Shown piece after piece: positions 1 to 14,000 of a stretch of 64,000 nt of DNA (its first letter is position 1; every line of letters starts with the position of its first letter). The position numbers and the translations under genes are program-made. The notes below the pieces were generated by a model. That model was not told the DNA's origin. It saw only the letters and a program-made list of their open reading frames with translations, and searched no databases. Origin of the DNA: Nageia nagi (taxonomy: Eukaryota > Plantae > Pinophyta); assembly GCA_050084985.1 (NCBI GenBank), contig JBITNC010000001.1:191208001-191272000 (forward strand). Reading direction: 5' to 3'.

Positions 1-870
1 TTTGATGGTAGGAATAATATAGATCTTGGTTGTCAAAATTTATGTTATCATCTTATGCTCTCATATCTAGCGATTTTATCATTCCTTTATTTAATAGATC
101 CTATAAAAGAACTCTTGGAGGAATAGGAAATGTGAATATTGACTTCCTTTTTCTTGTAAATATTTTCAATATAGGTGCCTAAACCATATTGATAACCTTC
201 TCTTTTCTAGCATAAGACTTGAATGACTCTTTGTTGTATATGGTAGATCTATACTTGAGTAATCCAAGCTTAAGTAAATACATTTTCCTAGCTAAGACTC
301 TCTTATTAATTCTTACAAAACTCATTTTAACATTATCTATAACATATTATTTGAGAGCAGGAAGAATAGAATTTGAAAAAATGTCACATATTTCTTCTCC
401 AGGTAACTTACTTTTGGTATGTTATCATACCCTTTTAAAGTGAGGGATGCAAACCTATTATTCCCTTGGCATAGACAATATAAATATGTGAATTATGAGT
501 GCTCCTTTATATTGTATTTATATTGGGACATAAATTCATTGATAAGAGCTTTAAAATAGTCAATGGATTTGAGCGACAAATTGTAAAACCATTGCCCATC
601 ATCTCCCTTGAAACTCCTTGGGAATAATTTAGTCATAAACTTCTCTTTGGATTATAATTTTAGTAATAAATCCTTTTAAAAACTAATGATATATTATTTT
701 AGTTATTGATCATCATTAAACATCTCAACCTTCGAGGTCTTGAGATTGGGTGTTAGGAAAAGCTAAGGATTTCTATTGACAAGAGGGAAGCAAATATACC
801 ATCATAGTCTTCTTGTTTCTATTGCATTCTTTGTTAGGATTCAATATTTGACACTCTTATAGATAAATCA
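1..870 (-). mobile_element. Decayed Ty3/gypsy gag fragment (Tat/Ogre-like), running off the window edge
   Basis: Minus-strand translation near 500-660 gives FMTKLFPRSFKGDDGQWFYNLSLKSIDYFKALINEFMSQYKYNIK, which matches the retrotransposon gag core (LFP.SL.G.A..WF..L...SI). Multiple stops. Confidence 0.75.
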
Positions 871-2149
871 TATTGACATGGGACTTAGTTTACACTTGTG
901 GATTCTTGATGTGCATTATCCAAGGATGAAAATTTAGCCCTAAATAATTATCTTTCAAAGTTAGAGCTTCGTAGTGTAAGAACTATGATATGCATGCACT
1001 AGTTGCAATCCTCTCATGCCATTGGCATCATTTGATCTGATAAAAATATAGACAAACTCAAATGATATAATTGTTAGGATGAAGAATAGATAATATATCC
1101 ATAGACAGCTGATGTTAAGAGACATCATTGTTATTTAGAGTGTGGATCAATCATGAGTCAACCTATCCATATGTTGTTAGGATATGAATTGATCATCTGA
1201 TAATGAATTCCTTTCTTTGGGTCTTTGATTGTAATTGAATATTTTAGATACTTACACTTTTTGAGATCTACATTGATTACTAGTTTGTGGTGCTTTTCTT
1301 GATATTTATACTAATATAATTACATTGTTTATGATGCCTTCATTGATATTTACAACACTTTTTACAGTATTTGAATCCTTTGTTACCTAAAGTATGATTT
1401 ATATTAAATATAAATCATATTTAGGTCACTATAGTTACATGGAGTTTAGCGTATGTGGAAGTTTCAGGGATAATGGACATGTTTCAAGGACAGGGGATGA
1501 TAGATTGATTTTAGGAAATGAGTTAGAATGGAAAGGAAATGACATACGTAAATATATGCAAAAATATATATATATAAAATTAGATAGCTTGATAAAATTT
1601 TAAAGTAAACAAAGTATTAAATATTATCAATTTTATTGTTGAGTGAATATTCTATTTCAACTTATTATAATAATAACATTATAGCCATCTAGTTTAATAG
1701 TATTGAGTATTCAAATCATAACCTATCAGTTATTTTATCATTTCTAAAAGTATTACAATATCAATAATCAATCAGTATAAATGTATAATATAATAATGAA
1801 TTTTACAATTGTATTCTCAATTTTGAAATAACTCTACAACAAAAATGATAATGAAATCATTCTAATGATAAAAATTATTCAAAATAAAAAATAATTTATA
1901 ATTATAACCTAGACCTAGTCTAATTTGAATTCAAATTTAACATAGACATATCATTCTCAATTGAAGTAATGGAATGAGGTTAGATCTAAACTGAAGAGGC
2001 TTGTGATAACCTCCTACCAAAATTTAAACTATCTTTATTCTTCATTTGTGTTGCATTATCGTGCAATACATAAGGGTATTATGATATTGCATGATGTTCC
2101 TTTCATAGTATTTTCCAAACTTAGAGTCATTCATCATATAAACCTACAA

Positions 2150-2420
2150 TAATGTTGGACCTAACTATGGAAGAAAAAGTAAGAAGGCATTAATGTAAAT
2201 TTAGACTTGATAAGAGGTGATGAGAATCATTGGTTGTATCGAATAATGATAATTTCATAATGTACACAATATTTTCTATCAAAATACCAGATTAATTTAT
2301 CAAATTGACCTTTCTTCCTATATAAATAAGCTCCTTCCTTGGCCAAGACACCTTGCCTAGTGCTCCTTGATCCTTACACCAATGTTAATACTAAAAACTA
2401 ATTTTACTCAATTAATAATA
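2150..2420. repeat. LTR-like fragment A, diverged direct copy of ~5600-5800
   Basis: Shared motifs aaatttagacttgata/aaatctagacttgata and ccaagacaccttgcctagtgctccttg/ccaagataccttggttagtgatccttg. Confidence 0.55.
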
Positions 2421-2769
2421 TTAACTATTATAAAATAAAATACTTAATATGGTAAAATTATCACAAAAAATAGCTTACAAGATCTAATTCTTCTATGCTT
2501 ACAACTTAATCAAATCTAAATACAAATATACTACAAACATATCATTTACCTATTTTGAGGAAATTGCAGCCCAAATATGTATCTCATAGGATCAAGATAA
2601 CTCACTTCTAAAATTTGAACCTTCGTTCCCTATAGATGTGGTGTGATGATTCCTTGCAATGGATCATCATACATTGTTCCCTCCATAATACATTCAAACT
2701 TGAGTTCATATTCAAAGCTTCTTTCTAAGATGTAAGACCTAAACTACATTTATATTATGAATAATCTTA

Positions 2770-3052
2770 GGTAAATTAATTAGTATATTAAATGTTAGTG
2801 AAACTAATTATTATTAGTATTATTGAGTATTAAAAGTTTGGAGATACTATTTATAACAATGTTGAGATAGTTCTCAACATCATGTAAGTTGGTAAGACAC
2901 TAATGTTTATGATTGATTTGTTTTATAACAATTTTGACCAAATTATTATTCTATTCCTGTAATATTTTTTCCTATTTATACGAAATAATATACAATGATT
3001 TTGTGTGACTCCTATACAATGATTTTGTGTGGCTCCAATATATTATCAGAGC
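2770..3052 (+). mobile_element. LTR 3' fragment B followed by a degenerate tRNA-Met PBS
   Basis: Diverged direct repeat of ~5345-5590 (caacatcatgtaagttg...tttgaccaa...ttctatt...aatgattt). Followed by tattatcagagc at 3041-3052, resembling TGGTATCAGAGC. Confidence 0.55.
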
Positions 3053-3218
3053 TGATTTCATTAATTATGAACAAATTCAAAAGAGAAATGGATAAGTGAG
3101 GATCAATATGGACCACCTCGTGATCAATTATATGAAAATTTAGATATGATTTTGTACATATATAGTTTAGGCATGTTTAATTTGTGTATTTGCTTTAAAC
3201 GGATCATAACATCTTGTG

Positions 3219-3690
3219 GATCTGCTAACCATGGAATTCTTCCACTATAAAACTCGTATATGGGAATTCATCCAATATAAAACTCGTATATTATTTTAAA
3301 TCTATTATTTTAAGAAAGTTTGCATGTTCTACCTATGCGATGTCAGTTTCTTCCCTTCTTAATATTTGATGCTAGATGTCATATTTTGTGGTGCATTTTC
3401 TCTTCCCCTTCTGAGAAATATTCAGTTGCACGCGATTGAGGTACGTCTGTAAGACTACTGCTTTATACATATAATAATATCCTGTCGATCTACTGACCAT
3501 GGAATTCATCCACTATAAAACTCGTATATTATTTTTTTAAATCTATTAATTTAAGAAAAATTTCACCTTTGCACGTCATGTTCTTCCCTTCTTAATATTT
3601 GATGCTAGATGTCATATTTCGTGGAGAATTTTCTAGTCCTATTCTGAAAAATCTTTATTTGCACATGATCGGGGGAGGTCTGTAAGAGTT
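3219..3690. repeat. Diverged tandem duplication (two ~200-235 bp copies, at 3219 and 3487)
   Basis: Both copies contain accatggaattc.tccactataaaactcgtata and cttcccttcttaatatttgatgctagatgtcatattt and end in gtctgtaaga. Confidence 0.85.
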
Positions 3691-3846
3691 ATTAGTTGAT
3701 TAAAGGTGTATCAGAACTATGTAAATCTAGTGGTTGAGCTTTCTACACGTGAAGAGGGCATCCAACACTTGTATCTTTTGAACTTGCGTGTGATCTATGC
3801 AATACCCAATGCATACGAATAAGTGCGCCACATAAAGATGAGATAA

Positions 3847-4050
3847 ATGGGCGTAGTGGAATCAGATGTGATGGAGGACAGTAACGTACAAAGCAAGGAG
3901 AACGAACATATTACTACAAACATAGAAGGACGGAATCATAGACAATGGAGTTCAATACCAGATGGTTGCATCAATTCTCGCCAATATATCTGATATTTGA
4001 TTATCGGTATCCATCCCATGGTCATTACCTTCTGATATTCAAGGACGTTA
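3847..4050 (+). pseudogene. Possible F-box protein 5' fragment (frameshifted)
   Basis: ATG at 3847 gives MGVVESDVMEDSNVQSKENEHITTNIEGRNHRQWSSIP, then with a frameshift MVASILANISDI*LSVSIPW. This resembles the F-box pattern WS.LP.E....IL..L...R...VS..W. The region retains CpG. Confidence 0.3.
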
Positions 4051-5344
4051 GTGGAGTTTCATGTAGCATCTGTTGACATATTAGTCTCATGGCTGATTCC
4101 TAGGAGTATTCTCATCGTGTTGAGCTCCGGTGGCTCCAATGAGTTTATCGTGGCAGAATTTCTTCCACCCAGCTACGGATCTCTCAAGAAAAGGTTTTCT
4201 GATCACACCTCACTAATTACGAGCAATTTTAAAGTATTTATTTGTTAGAGTTAAAAATATAGTGAGGATAAAATAAAGAATAAATAGTAAATGGAATTTA
4301 CTATTTATAATTAAAAAAATAATGTTATGTGTTTCAATTATAGTTATTGTTGGATGTGAGAGATTTTTTTTTCTTGGTGGTTAAAAATATTGAAGTTGTT
4401 TTCATGAGTTAAGAGAAGTGTTTGTGTTAGTAGTTTGAGTGTTGAAGGTTTATTGCAAGTTATCATATGTTTGTAGAAGGATTACCAAAAGTTTGTTTAT
4501 CTTAAATGATGTTTACGAGTAGATGTGTTAGTCCACATTCACATATGATTTGTAGGTTGTCAATAATGTATATGATGAAGTTTTGCAAGTTATCAAAGCT
4601 TGTAGAGAAGGTTGAAAGAAGATTGCCAAGAGTTTCCATGGAAAGGTGGTTGGATGTGTTGTTCCGCAAATAACTACATTTTATGGATGTTTGTGAGTTA
4701 TATTTCAAGTGAAATTTTTCAAAACTTCCTTTATTGATCGTTGAATGTGATAGAAAATGCCCAAACATTGCCATGTGAATTGTTCAGTGATTCCATTGCC
4801 ATTGAAGATGGATTAAGACCAGTGAGCCCATTACTGCTAAAATATGATGTTGATGTAATGAAAAAATCTTTAGAATTTATCACTAAGGGGGGTATTAGAT
4901 AAACTTTCCTCTACAGCCAGGGGTGGGGAGAGCTTGAATGTTGTATCATATGTTCGGTGTAAATATTTAATCAATTATTTTAATTTTATTAAAATTTTAA
5001 CATAAAATCAAATATATTAATATTTAACAATTAACTTTCAAAAAGTAAAAGAAAAATATAATATTAAATTTTTAATTTACATTTATTTAATTTTAGAATA
5101 TCAATTTTAAATTTTATCAATACATATTTTAAAAAATATATATTTTTATCATTCATGTAATAAATTTTGTACAAATAAATTTTGGGTTTTGTACAAAAAC
5201 ATTCTTTAATTTATTTTATTAAAAAAAAGTTTAGATAATTTCAAAGAATAATTGCTTAAAAGTTATTAGATATAGTAATACTAAGAAATGAGATAGGAAA
5301 TGATATCTCTTGGCATTTTCTAATATATAAGGGATTATATCAAA

Positions 5345-5590
5345 GCTAGTTAATAAATTAACTATTAATAAAATTAATTATTATTAGTGGTATTAGGTAT
5401 TATAAGTTTAGATATATTATTTGTAATAATGTTGGGATAGTATATCAACAACATGTAAGTTGTTAGGATATGAGTGTTTATTATTGGTTTGTTGTTATAA
5501 TAACTTTGACCAAGTTGTTATTCTATTCTTGTATAGTTTTATCCTATTTATATTAAATAATACACAATGATTTTATGTCATTCTAATAAA
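5345..5590 (+). repeat. LTR fragment B, second copy
   Basis: Diverged direct repeat of 2770-3040. Confidence 0.6.
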
Positions 5591-7764
5591 TAAAGAAATG
5601 TAGTAAGAAATGAGGGCTCAAATCTAGACTTGATAGGTGGTGTTGAAGAACATCAAACATAGAATGTATGAGTTCTCTATCAAAGTCTACATTATGATTT
5701 AAATAAAATCCTTCCTCCTTTTATAGATGAAGTTCCATCATCAACCAAGATACCTTGGTTAGTGATCCTTGGACCTCTCACCAAAAGGACATAAAGGAGT
5801 GAAATGCTCTTACTTCAAGAAATATACCTTAAATATAATAATAATTTTATTAAATTAATTAATTATTTTATATGCCTATAATATAATTTATGATTAAATA
5901 GAAATCAAGTTTAGGTGTTAACAAATATCCCCTTAGAGTATGTTTTGATGAAAGAAAGACATAATTCAAAAGAAAACTTGCAAAATCAAAATATCAATAC
6001 TTCCTTATAATTTCTTCACAATTGTATCATAGTTATTTTCTTTTTTTTGTGATACTTCATATCATGTCATCGCCTTATTTTGGTGGTTGCAATGAAATCC
6101 TAACTATAATAAAAGTGATGAATCTTTAAAATAATATAAACAAAGCTACTATTATAACATACATTGAATACCTAAAAAATTATTTTACAAAAAGACCTAA
6201 AATATAAATACAAATCACTTGAACAATAATCACAAAGGATTAAAACTAACATCTCTAATGATAAACCTTATTTTAAAATAGAAATAAAACATCCATTGAT
6301 TCCATTACTCTAAATTGAATATAAATGGAGCAATATGATCTCTTTACATCAACACCATATGCTTAATATGGTGTAACAATTGTTGCTTACAACTCTACTA
6401 GTTTGCATAATGCTCACTAAGATAGAACCAACTATCTATAATACATCTCTATTATCATTAGATTAAGGTCTTCCATAAGTATTCTACTTATTTTTCTGCC
6501 TCTCTACTCATTTATTATCTACATACAAACTACTTATGAAATTCTTATAATTCTGACCCTTTTAGGCTTCTTAAATATATTTTGAGGCTATATGGATATG
6601 ATGGATATTAATTCATGCATCTTATTATCCATAGGATATGCTAGAATAATAATGTATTAGTAGTTAGCGGTTAGTAAAATAATTTATTTCTCTCCTTATT
6701 CATTAATAGCTGCATGTAATTGCCTTAGTCATTATGAGATAATTGTATCTACCTTAACTATTTTTAGGTGTCATCTCAAGTATATTTATACATTCTTTAA
6801 GAATACAATAATATGGTAGCCTTCCATTTCATTTTGCTATGATATCATAGTACTCTTAAAATATGTCCATCTCAAGTTGCAAATAAGCTTGTGGAGGTTA
6901 TATTCCTATGAAGATCTAGTCAGACCTATTGAAGAGTCTTGTACTGCAAGACTACATGGAAAAAGAGAAATATAATTGATGTAGAGAAGAACATATAATG
7001 ATGGCACAAAATTTATGCACTATGTGAAGAAGGCTCAAGTTATTTAGAGACTGAGGTGGAAAAAATGTAATTAAAGTTAAGAAAATAGTCAACTTGTAGA
7101 TCTCATAAATTTTGATATATAATTTTGTGTGTATATTCTTTTGATCATTGGATATATCTTTATGTATAGAATATAAAGCTTCAATTTTACTCCATTTTCG
7201 GAAGTATAACCCCTTGATTTTTCATTTATAGTAAAACATAGCTATATACAATTATTTATGGAAATTATTCTTAATGAAAGTACCAACTCTACATACATTG
7301 AGAAAGAGTGCCTAATTTATCTAGAAGAGAACTACAAGTTTCAAATCTTCTTTTGTGCTAGATATATTAATTCTAAGATGTGAATATATTTTTTTCCTTC
7401 ACATTTATCTTAAATTAGGCTCCATTTCATTGTTTTGGATTTGGAATCCTAGAAAAACTTGTAAAAGGATCTATGTAATGTGGATAATCTTTTTATATTT
7501 GAATAAAATAAAATGATAAAAACTACTTCAAATATCCTCCTTCCTTATTCTCAATTCTTCAAAGAAAATAATTATGTTGCCCAAAATATGAAAATTCAAT
7601 CCATGCTTGAATTCAACATAATAAAAAAATATGTATGCTCATTCTCCTTGGAATCGTGTATGATGTCCAACCCCATGTTCACAATTCTAAGGATGTTGGT
7701 TAATATTGGAAGAAATTACAATTACTATTTGAATCAAAGAATCAAAATAGATTCTTTGTATTCA

Positions 7765-9140
7765 AGGACATTTACACAATTTGAAGATGAAAGGTGTATA
7801 GAAGTTGAAATTCTTTCTTTGTTAGGCTATAGATATTTATGCCTCCCTATAAGCATTAGGAGGGATGCAAGAAGATAAGCTCCTTGTACCTACTATCTTG
7901 AGAGTAATCCTCGAGTCATACCACTTCTTTGTGATATCCTTAAATAATACAAAATAGAAGCTTTATTTTAAATCATTAGTGAATATAATGCAAACAAGAA
8001 GAAGGAATCTCTGAGAATACAAATCAAGAAGAGCATGCAATAATATCAACTATCACTTAAAAAGGAAAGAAATATCATAACAGAAATATAAAGTTATAAA
8101 ATTGTAATAAGTCCAAGAAGAGTTGCTTAATTTGTGGCAAGAAGGGCATGAGATATAAGAATGTTGGTATAATTTTTTTTTCTCAAGGACCTTTGAGTAA
8201 TACGAATCCAAAACAAAAAGGACCACCTCCTAACAATAAGGTGGAGTGGAAACATAGAATGCCACAAGAAAAGAAACAAGAGAATGATGTTGTAGAAGAG
8301 GATATTAAATATTTCATTTTTTCCCATTAAAATAAATCATCTAAATAAATAAATCAATCCTTATATCCATTCATATGTTTGGTAGCACCAAATTCCATAT
8401 ACCCATCCTAGTCAAGTACATTTGGTAGATACCATACCCTATGCCATTAAAGGAATGGGAGATGTGCATATTCATCTAAGAAAGCATAACTATCATATTA
8501 TGGAAGTCTTGTATATTCCAAGTCTCACAAAGAATATCTTACCTATCAATCAAATATTGGATCACAACCTAAGAGTGGAGTTTGATACTTTAAAGAGGAA
8601 GAAATGTTATCTTATTTGAGATAAATCAAATAATCTAATTTTGGCCAAGGAAATATAAGTTGTAAATATGCTATAACTTGATGTTGTGGATTTAAACAAT
8701 TAAGAACTCACTATTGTGTTATGAATATCATCCCTCTAAGGCATTTATGGTGTATTGTATTTGCTCTCTTTGTTATCCTAGTCCTATTTTATCTTCTTGC
8801 ATAACAAGAAAATAGCATAACTATCCTTTTGAGTCTATCACACATAATGCTAAAGGATCTCTTGATGTGATTCATATTTATCTATATGGTCTCATTAAAT
8901 CTATCCACATTAGTTATAAATATTTTCTATTATTTATTGATTATTACTCCTAAAATATATATGTGTATTGCTTGAGAATAACATTATAGACCTTTAAGTA
9001 CTTCAAGGAGTTAAAGTTTTATATGTAGAATGCCATTAGAAATCATATTCATATAATCCAATCAAGTTAAGGGGAAGTATATACATCAAATAAGTTTTCT
9101 CCATTTTGGAAAGAGAATGGGATTTGATGAAATCCATTTC
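7765..9140 (+). mobile_element. Decayed Ty1/copia gag-pol fragment (gag, zinc knuckle, pol beta-barrel region, integrase)
   Basis: CLICGKKG CCHC knuckle at ~8124; YAIKGMGDVHI...EVLYIPSLTKNIL at 8422-8619; integrase motifs LDVIHIYLYG, YKYFLLFIDYYS and GEVYTSNKF...KENGI at 8855-9125. Copia domain order. Confidence 0.9.
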
Positions 9141-9446
9141 TCATGTCATTTTGAATTTTTGTAAAGGTGAAGCAAATATATTGAGTATGATAATGTTAAA
9201 GTTGAATTACAAGATAATGTTGAAAGAGAAAAATTACTTTGTTCATCTTTAGAGCTGATGAAATTGTGAAACATGAAAAGGGAAGTATTTTACTAATTTC
9301 ATTTTGATTTTATATGACGATTTAATTTACTCCTCTAATATAAATATATTTTTTCAAGATAAAACCATATATAATATCTAAAAAGGTTCTTGAAGGATAA
9401 TTGTATAAACAAATGTGAGCCCAAGAGATTTTAGCTAGGAAGGAAA

Positions 9447-9988
9447 GATTAGAATTATAATGTTAATTAGGGCATTATGTAATTAATATGCTTAGCATAC
9501 TAATAATCACCTAAATTTGGTTATTAGGTGGTAATGAGGTTCATGCATGGTGGGTGGAATAGTATTCTCCACCCAACTTAAAATAATATTGTTAGGTGGA
9601 ATAGTGTCTCCACTAACAATAAAATGTAATTTTATATTATAACTTAGGGTTAACTAACCTATTATGGTTAGGATAGTTAACTACCTAAAGTTAGTTTTGA
9701 GTCCTATAAAAGGAGCTCATTTTGTGAAGATTTGTAAGAATATGAAGATGGGAATTTGTTAGTATAGATCTTAGTTAGTAAGGTCTTAAGCATGCAAGCT
9801 ATGATTCATGCTAAGTAGAGTCATGGTTGAGATCCATATGAGTGTACATTATTTGAGAGTATAGTGAAAAGGAGACTTAAAGTGGAGTACTCCATGTGAT
9901 GGAGGAACCACTATACATCTTGTGTTACTATGTGAGAATGCTTCTTGAGTTAAGTGTTCTTAGGTTATGGAATCCTTCAATTCCATCA
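9447..9988 (+). repeat. 5' LTR (542 bp)
   Basis: About 93% identical to 16836-17421 by hand count. TATA-like cctataaaagg near 9703; ends ...ccatCA. Confidence 0.95.
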
Positions 9989-9990
9989 AA

Positions 9991-10002
9991 TGGTATCAGA
10001 GC
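9991..10002 (+). promoter_or_regulatory. Primer binding site (initiator tRNA-Met)
   Basis: Exact TGGTATCAGAGC 2 nt after the LTR end. Confidence 0.95.
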
Positions 10003-10800
10003 TTCCTTGTGGTGATCTCCCTCAAATGTTTATATGGTAATTTTGAGGTAACTTTCCTCAAAATTGAAGGTATACCTATCCCCTAATCTTGTTTCAAGTT
10101 TGATTAGTGAAACTTCAATGGTTGGTTCATTTCAATTTCTTATTTTGAAATTGGAATTTTAATGTTTATGCTAACATGCTTTAGTTGAGGTTAATGGGCT
10201 CAAATGTAAGGTAAAAGTATACCTTAGTTACATGTTAGTAAGTTAGATCAAACATTTTTATGGTTAGATGCTAAGATATTAAAAATTAGTATAACTAATT
10301 TTTATTTTTTGTTCATATTCTTTAAAAACCATGCTAAAACTCCTTTTGTAGTTGAATATTATGGTTTATATAAAGATTTATATTTTACCTATTTTACAAT
10401 TTATTTATTTATAAATAGTACAAATTTTGTTTTGTGAAAGATTTGGTATAAAAATTCATAAATATAAATTCTTACAATATGAAATATTGTACAACTACAA
10501 AGCTTAAAGGTTAATTATTATGAAGACTTGCATAGTGTGTTTTATACACAGATTTATGTTTTTTGTCATTTCTTGTAAAAAAAGAAGAAGAAGAAGAAAG
10601 GATGCCCATTTTAAGTTTGCTTAAAAAAAAGGAGTTTTCCTATTCTATTTATGCATGCCCATTTTAAAAACATTATTTTTAAATAATATTTTTTTTATAA
10701 TTATTTTTAATTAACACACATGTATTTTTCTAAAAATAAATTTAAAAAATAAATAAATAAAGATTATTTTATTTGTTTATATTGTTTAAAAAAAAAATTA

Positions 10801-11030
10801 TGACCATCCACCTTGCATGGGGGGGAGGCACCCATAGGCCGCAATCCATCAAGGTGCCCCTAGCGTGTGGCCAACTAGCGATCATCCACCTCGCATAGGG
10901 GGAGGCACCCATGGGTCACCATCCACTGAGGTGCCCCTAACATGTGACCAATTGGCAACCATCCATCTCACATGGTGGGAGGCACCCACGGATCATCATC
11001 TATCTCACATAGGGGAGGTGACCCTGATCT
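10801..11030. repeat. GC-rich ~77-bp tandem repeat (about 3 copies)
   Basis: Recurrent ccatccacct.gcat.ggggaggcaccca.gg...atcca..aggtgcccta motif. Confidence 0.85.
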
Positions 11031-14000
11031 GTGGCCCCTTCATGTGGGCACATAGCACATGGCTACTCCTTTAGCGATGGCTCACTATGCTCATCCCCCC
11101 CTTTTAGGTTTGGATTGCTATGCCCAGTGGAAATCTCCTATGGCCACCTCCTACTCTCAAGGTGTTGCTCCCTTCTCCTTTTCACATTGGTTTCTTTAGC
11201 TATAAACCCTCCTTAGCATAGCTATCATAAAATAATTTTTTTTAATTCATACTTGATATGGAGGAATTTATTAATGTTGTAGTTTTTAAAATAATTTTCA
11301 CCCTATAGCATAAGTGGTGGATTATTTTTTGACCTAGCATATTTTAATGCTATTTGGTCAAATTTGGTAGCCTTGCCTTTTTTTTCCACCTCATGGAATG
11401 GTTAGTGACTCATCTTTTTAACTTTCACCAATTCAGTAAAAACAACAACAAGCATCTATTGTGGTGGTTTTTCATTTTTTAATGGGGAATCTTATGCATT
11501 TATTTTAAATAGGGAAAGTTTATTTTCTTTCTCAAACTAGTAGGTATTAATATTTTTTTTGAGAATGATATTCATCTTGATTATGATTTGAGAAAGACAT
11601 TTTTTTCAAAAAAAAGGAGGGAGATTTTAAGGTTTTTTTTTAAAGGTTATTTTTTTTAAATAAAAACAAGGGAGATTAATTGTTAACTTTTTGAAGGGAA
11701 ATTAATTAGTTAATCCTTATTGCTCAAAATGTTTATTAATCTTCCCTTGAAAATATTTTTTTCCTAACCTTATTTTTGGAAATACAAATAAAGTTTTATG
11801 ATGCCTTCTAAAAATAGGAAAGTTAGGTGTCCTATTGGAAGAATGAAAGCAATTGATAAAAAGATGGATAATATTTAAAGGTAAGCAAGGAACCAAGGCT
11901 ACTAAGATAAATGCAAGAGTAATCCATCCTTGTAACGAAAAGAAATAATAACTTGTATGCTCCACTTTCAAAATTATTGTATAGTGGACCCTAATGACTA
12001 AGGAGATGGCTCCTCCTTTTGAAGTAAATCTTCCTTAAACAAGAAGGTATATCTTGTTGAGACTTGTGCTAACTTTGACCATGTGTATAGAACCATGGGT
12101 CTTGTAACTAACAACTAGCTCTAGTGAAATCTACTAACTTGTCTCTTTATGTGGATGACTTCCTTAGTATTCAAGTTATTAAATTAAGTGTGAATGTGCT
12201 CAAAATCATTGCAACTTGCATAATTTGGTTTCTAAATGGAATATAAGTTGCACTAAAATCACAATCCATGACTTACAAAATACATTCATAACTAGCAAAC
12301 AAGAATTGCAATCAAACAAGTTATTTTTCAATATGCTTAAAAGTTCCCAAGTTATTAAATCTTTCAATGCAACTTTATTTCCTAAGCTCAAATTAATGCA
12401 TTGAAAAGTATCTTTATGTATAAGTTGTATTTTATGGATTGTAATATACAATAAGTAGTGTAAATTTCAATTATTATGCAAAAATGAATATATTGCAATG
12501 ATTAAGTTTTATTAGCAATGATTTAATTGCAATGATTAGTTAAAGCTTTGTATGTTACTTACAACTTATGAGCTCGTTGCAATAGAAGTTAACCTTTAGC
12601 TTGTTTAAGATGTCCTTAAATTGAAATTATTGTATTTGAGGCTTTGAAGAATTTTTTTTGCTTATCTTAAGAATTTGGGAATTTATCCAATAAATAATTT
12701 GATACAAGATAGAAGCAAAAATAATATTTATCAATTCTATAAAGTTCCACTCATATTCCCAAGTGGATAACCAAACTAAGTAATATCATCGATATGATTG
12801 AGAGAGTTGGAGTTAGAACTCTCAAGATTTATGATAAGTGAACTAGGTGTATTGAATAAAGTAGCATAATTGATCAGAGAGAAATGACACCTAATGTTAA
12901 AAAATGGGTAGTAAACCCATTAATCCACTTCTCAAGTTATTTATGAAACATAGGTGGACTCCCATTGAAAATCTCATCACCATACTATAAACACAATGGT
13001 ATAGGGGTGGTAGTACTCATGAGGATGCAGCATGGCAGGACCTATATAGTGCAGAAAATGGAAGACAAAAGGTGTCCAAGAATAGTAAAGGATGATCTTC
13101 CATTTCTAGTTTAGATAACAAATAAGTGTGATTATGAGGTGCAACTGCTCGGCATTCTTCAAATGATGGATAAAGCAAATGGCCCATTGAAGGAGAATTC
13201 GATGACCCTATATGTGAACCAGGTTTTGTTGCAAAGTAGTCTATAATGTAGTGCAAGCATATTGTATGACTTGACCTTGAATACATTGACAAAAAAACTT
13301 ATTGGGGAAGATTAGCATGAAGACCTTAAAAATGGTCATATCCATGATGAATGATAAGTGAGTTAGATCTCTCTTAGGGTTTCATACATAAGTGAACATG
13401 ATGGTGATCAAATAGAATAAAATAAACTTATAGAATTACAAACTAATTAGATCATCGATCATAAATGGAAACATCAAAATGGATCAACCATGCAAGCATA
13501 ATAACCAATGTGACCATGTGCTTTACTTTATTAAAATGTTAAAAAAGATTCCCATTGACAAGCCCAAGTGGGTGGTCCTTGCAGCATGATTAATGCTAGT
13601 CTAATGAATGGTCACTAGAATCAGAAGAATTAGCATTATTTTTAGATATGCTAAAATCAGATATGTCCAATCTTAAAAGATATTGATGTGAAAGAGGTAG
13701 AAAGTGATAAGAAAAAGAAAATTGATGATATAAAATATGATGTCCACTTCACTAAGCAATGCAAAAAGAATATGTGAATGACCATTGTAGCCTATGCTAA
13801 TGAACTACCCATGCAATAGTAAGTGGTTTGACATACTCCTATGGATGTAGGGAAGGTAGTTCGATGTAGCATATGAATTGCAAAAGATAACGATTGAATG
13901 GGGTATAAACCATTTTACATCATGTTCAATCAGGCTAACTAAGCAAATGAAATAATCGATGAACATGATCGTCATGATTGAGATGAAAAATTATGCAAAT

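Noticed and set aside
6300-7760. Possible L1 ORF2 3' remnant on the minus strand (similar weak ORF1-like signal at ~22100-22300)
   Set aside because: Only faint motif resemblance, too decayed to support without a profile search.
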